Source: a bacterium
GTDB lineage: Bacteria; SM23-31
Assembly: GCA_965249485.1 (NCBI GenBank)
Contig: OZ252239.1
Coordinates: forward strand, 3,072,001 to 3,136,000
Direction of reading: 5' to 3'
DNA length: 64,000 nt
Each line of letters starts with the position of its first letter. The stretch's first letter is position 1. The notes beneath the pieces were generated by a model. That model ran no database searches. It was not told the DNA's origin and was given only the letters and a program-made list of their open reading frames with translations. The position numbers and the translations under genes were made by a program. Below are positions 61,534 to 64,000 of this stretch, in pieces.

Positions 61534-62289
61534 TTATCTCCCCTCAGTTAGGATTTCGGGACCATTCGATGTTATTGCAACCGTATGCTCAAAATGTGCA
61601 GACGGTTTTCTATCCGATGTAATAACGGTCCATCCATCCTGTAAAAAAGAGATATCGCATCCCCCAACATTGACCATTGGTTCGATGGCAAAAACCATCC
61701 CCGATTGAATCTGTGGCTGAGCTGCTCTTCTCTGGTCAACGAAATTCGGTATTTCAGGCTCCTCATGGAGTGAGGATCCGATACCATGTCCAACGAGCTC
61801 ACGAACAACAGAGTATCCTTCCGATTCTACCCGTTCTTGAATTGCACTGGAGATGTCCGATATTCGGTTCCCCTCAATCGCCTGATCTATGCCTATTTGT
61901 AAAGATTCTTCTGTTATTTTCATCAGCTTGGATTTTTCATCAGAGATGCTACCGATTGCAAAAGTTCGTGCTGCATCAGCAAAGTATCCTTTGAACTCCA
62001 CTCCAATATCGACACTAACCAGTTCACCTTCTTGAATCTCTCTCCCATTCGGAATTCCATGCACAACAACTTCATCAATCGAAATACAGGTGCTTCCGGG
62101 AAATCCTCTGTAACCTTTAAATGCCGGCTTTGCACCCGATTTGGTTATAAACTTTTCTACTGTTTTGTCCAGGTCTGACGTTTTCATTCCAGCTTCTATG
62201 ACATCATCAACAACATGAAATGAATCTACAAGAATTTTCGCAGCTGATCTCATTTTGGCTAATTCTTCCGGAGAACGGCGATAAATCAT
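61534..62289 (-). CDS. map: Methionine aminopeptidase type I
   Basis: VVHGIP, D.G...D, GHGIG..LHEEP, IEPM, SAHFEHT. Confidence 0.97.
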   Translation of the reverse strand: MIYRRSPEELAKMRSAAKILVDSFHVVDDVIEAGMKTSDLDKTVEKFITKSGAKPAFKGYRGFPGSTCISIDEVVVHGIPNGREIQEGELVSVDIGVEFKGYFADAARTFAIGSISDEKSKLMKITEESLQIGIDQAIEGNRISDISSAIQERVESEGYSVVRELVGHGIGSSLHEEPEIPNFVDQRRAAQPQIQSGMVFAIEPMVNVGGCDISFLQDGWTVITSDRKPSAHFEHTVAITSNGPEILTEGR

Positions 62290-62939
62290 TGAGTCACCTC
62301 ATCTAGTAGTAATACAATGAATTTAAAAACATCATCTGCATTGTTCAATCCGTCAACCGTTTTTACAAGATTTTTACTGCTATAATGTCCGATAAGAGGC
62401 TCTGTTTCGTTTTTATACACTGATAACCGGTTTTTGATTGTGCTTTCTTTATCGTCATCACGTTGATAAATCTCTCCCCCGCACGCAGTACATTTCATAC
62501 TTTTCGGTGTAGGATTGGTTTCAACATTATAATCTTTTCCACAAATTCTACACAGCCGCCTATTGATCAATCTGCTGACGATTTCCTCTTCCGGAACACT
62601 AATATTCACGACTGCATCTAATGGCTTGTCAATATCATCTAATAACGAATCCAAGGCTTCTGCCTGCGGAAGTGATCTGGGAAATCCATCGAGAATGAAT
62701 CCATTTATACAGTCTTTTTCTTGCAACCGTTCATTCATAAGACCAATAATAATTGAATCCGGAACTAACTCCCCTTTTTCCATATATGATTTTGCTTGAT
62801 TACCAAGCTCCGTTCCATCTCTCAGAGCAGCTCTTAAAATATCACCGGTCGAGAGTTGAGGAATTTCATATTTCTGAGCAATTCGAATTCCCTGTGTACC
62901 TTTACCAACACCGGGCGCTCCCAGCAAAACGAGTCTCAT
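62286..62939 (-). CDS. adk: Adenylate kinase with zinc lid
   Basis: GAPGVGKGTQ, LDGFPR, CRIC...CTAC. Confidence 0.97.
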   Translation of the reverse strand: MRLVLLGAPGVGKGTQGIRIAQKYEIPQLSTGDILRAALRDGTELGNQAKSYMEKGELVPDSIIIGLMNERLQEKDCINGFILDGFPRSLPQAEALDSLLDDIDKPLDAVVNISVPEEEIVSRLINRRLCRICGKDYNVETNPTPKSMKCTACGGEIYQRDDDKESTIKNRLSVYKNETEPLIGHYSSKNLVKTVDGLNNADDVFKFIVLLLDEVTQ

Positions 62940-64000
62940 TAAAACCGTCTCCCGCGCAGCCGGCCAGTTTTCATAAAGCCATCATAGTGACGCATCAATA
63001 AATGAGATTCAATCTGCTGAAGTGTATCAAGTGCGACTCCAACCACAATTAAAAGTCCGGTTCCGCCGAACATTAATGCAAAGCCAAAATCAACATTGAA
63101 TATTTTGTTAATGAAATAGGGAAATAAAGTAATGACGCCCAGAAAAACTGCTCCGGGCAGAGTAATTTTCGTTAATATATTATCGAGAAATTCAGAGGTT
63201 TTCTTCCCTGGTCTTACTCCTGGAATAAAACCACCGTGTTTTTTCATATTGTCTGCTACATCAATAGGATTGAATGCTATTGCAGTATAGAAATAGGTGA
63301 AAAATACAATTAACACAAATTGGAATATCCAGTAGACTTCATGATCAAATGCGAAATAGCGTGAAAAACTCTGCATTATTGAACTACCGGGGAAAAAGGA
63401 TGCAACTGTTTGTGGAATAAATGTAATAGACTGAGCAAAAATAATCGGCATAACACCGGCAGTATTTACACGCAATGGTATATGAGTAGATTGTCCACCG
63501 TACATTTTTCTTCCGATAACACGCTTGGCATATTGAACAGGAATCTTTCTTGTCCCCTGTGTTAACAATATTACAAACGCAATTGTCCAAAACATTATTA
63601 CAAGGAGAAATACCTCGATAAGAAGCTGCCTGTTTCCTTGAATAAGCTGATAAGCTTCTCGGATAAAGCTATCCGGATAACGGGCGATAATACCGATCAT
63701 AATAATAAGAGAAATTCCGTTACCTATACCCCGTTCGGTAATCTGTTCACCAAGCCACATAATAAATATTGTTCCGCATGTTAGTGTGATAACTGTCAAT
63801 AGATAAAAACTAAATCCTGCATCGGGCGAAACAATTAGGCTACCGCTCCTTGTGGCACTCAAATTCGTTAATAATACGCTGGTACCCCACGCTTGTCCCG
63901 CAGCGATTAATACAGTTCCATACCGGGTCAACTGGGTAATCTTTTTTCTACCCTCTTCACCTTCTTTTTGCAGCTTCTGAAAATAAGGCACAACAGCTCC
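62939..64000 (-). CDS. secY: Preprotein translocase SecY; 5' end lies outside the window
   Basis: WLGEQIT..GIGNG, AGVMPIIFA, FIPGVRPG, GGT.LLI.VGV. Confidence 0.97.
   Translation of the reverse strand, partial: GAVVPYFQKLQKEGEEGRKKITQLTRYGTVLIAAGQAWGTSVLLTNLSATRSGSLIVSPDAGFSFYLLTVITLTCGTIFIMWLGEQITERGIGNGISLIIMIGIIARYPDSFIREAYQLIQGNRQLLIEVFLLVIMFWTIAFVILLTQGTRKIPVQYAKRVIGRKMYGGQSTHIPLRVNTAGVMPIIFAQSITFIPQTVASFFPGSSIMQSFSRYFAFDHEVYWIFQFVLIVFFTYFYTAIAFNPIDVADNMKKHGGFIPGVRPGKKTSEFLDNILTKITLPGAVFLGVITLFPYFINKIFNVDFGFALMFGGTGLLIVVGVALDTLQQIESHLLMRHYDGFMKTGRLRGRRF

Noticed and set aside
1..64000. CRISPR arrays, IS elements, prophage, defence systems, rRNA/tRNA
   Set aside because: None recognised by eye; tRNAscan, Rfam and DefenseFinder runs would be needed to exclude them formally.

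Overview
A gene-dense, mostly minus-strand housekeeping region from a low-GC diderm bacterium. The marker content (bS22, bacillithiol genes, a DUF2723 protein, a DUF4270-like lipoprotein next to a FadL/PorV-like barrel, acidic-tailed S16) suggests the FCB superphylum, but strong Shine-Dalgarno use argues against Bacteroidota proper; this placement is inference. Contents in order: a partial REC-GAF-PAS signalling gene; nadK, xseB, xseA, an unannotated bS22 and HU; an MltD/LysM transglycosylase; ffh-rpsP-khpA-rimM-trmD-rplS; methyltransferase-bshC-bshB1; a TMEM260-like protein; a GAF-PP2C phosphatase; glgA-gmhB-lipoprotein-barrel-TPR-rpiB-glyA-nrdR; a FlhG/MinD-like gene and radC, both interrupted; an LPS core cluster with msbA; coaE, pilU, two ECF ATPases and larC; a CxCG protein, a frameshifted FapA-like gene and a REC-GAF-degenerate GGDEF gene; nrdJ behind a 1-kb control region with DnaA-box-like and NrdR-box motifs; SPOR, Wzi-like and rfbA genes; and the secY-to-rplQ ribosomal operon. 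No rRNA, tRNA, CRISPR array or mobile element was recognised. Best leads: a candidate N-methyl-bacillithiol operon, a candidate FCB-type BAM accessory (BamH/BamG-like) operon, the DnaA/NrdR control region (possible oriC), and three single-lesion genes, two of them flagellar-localisation homologues.
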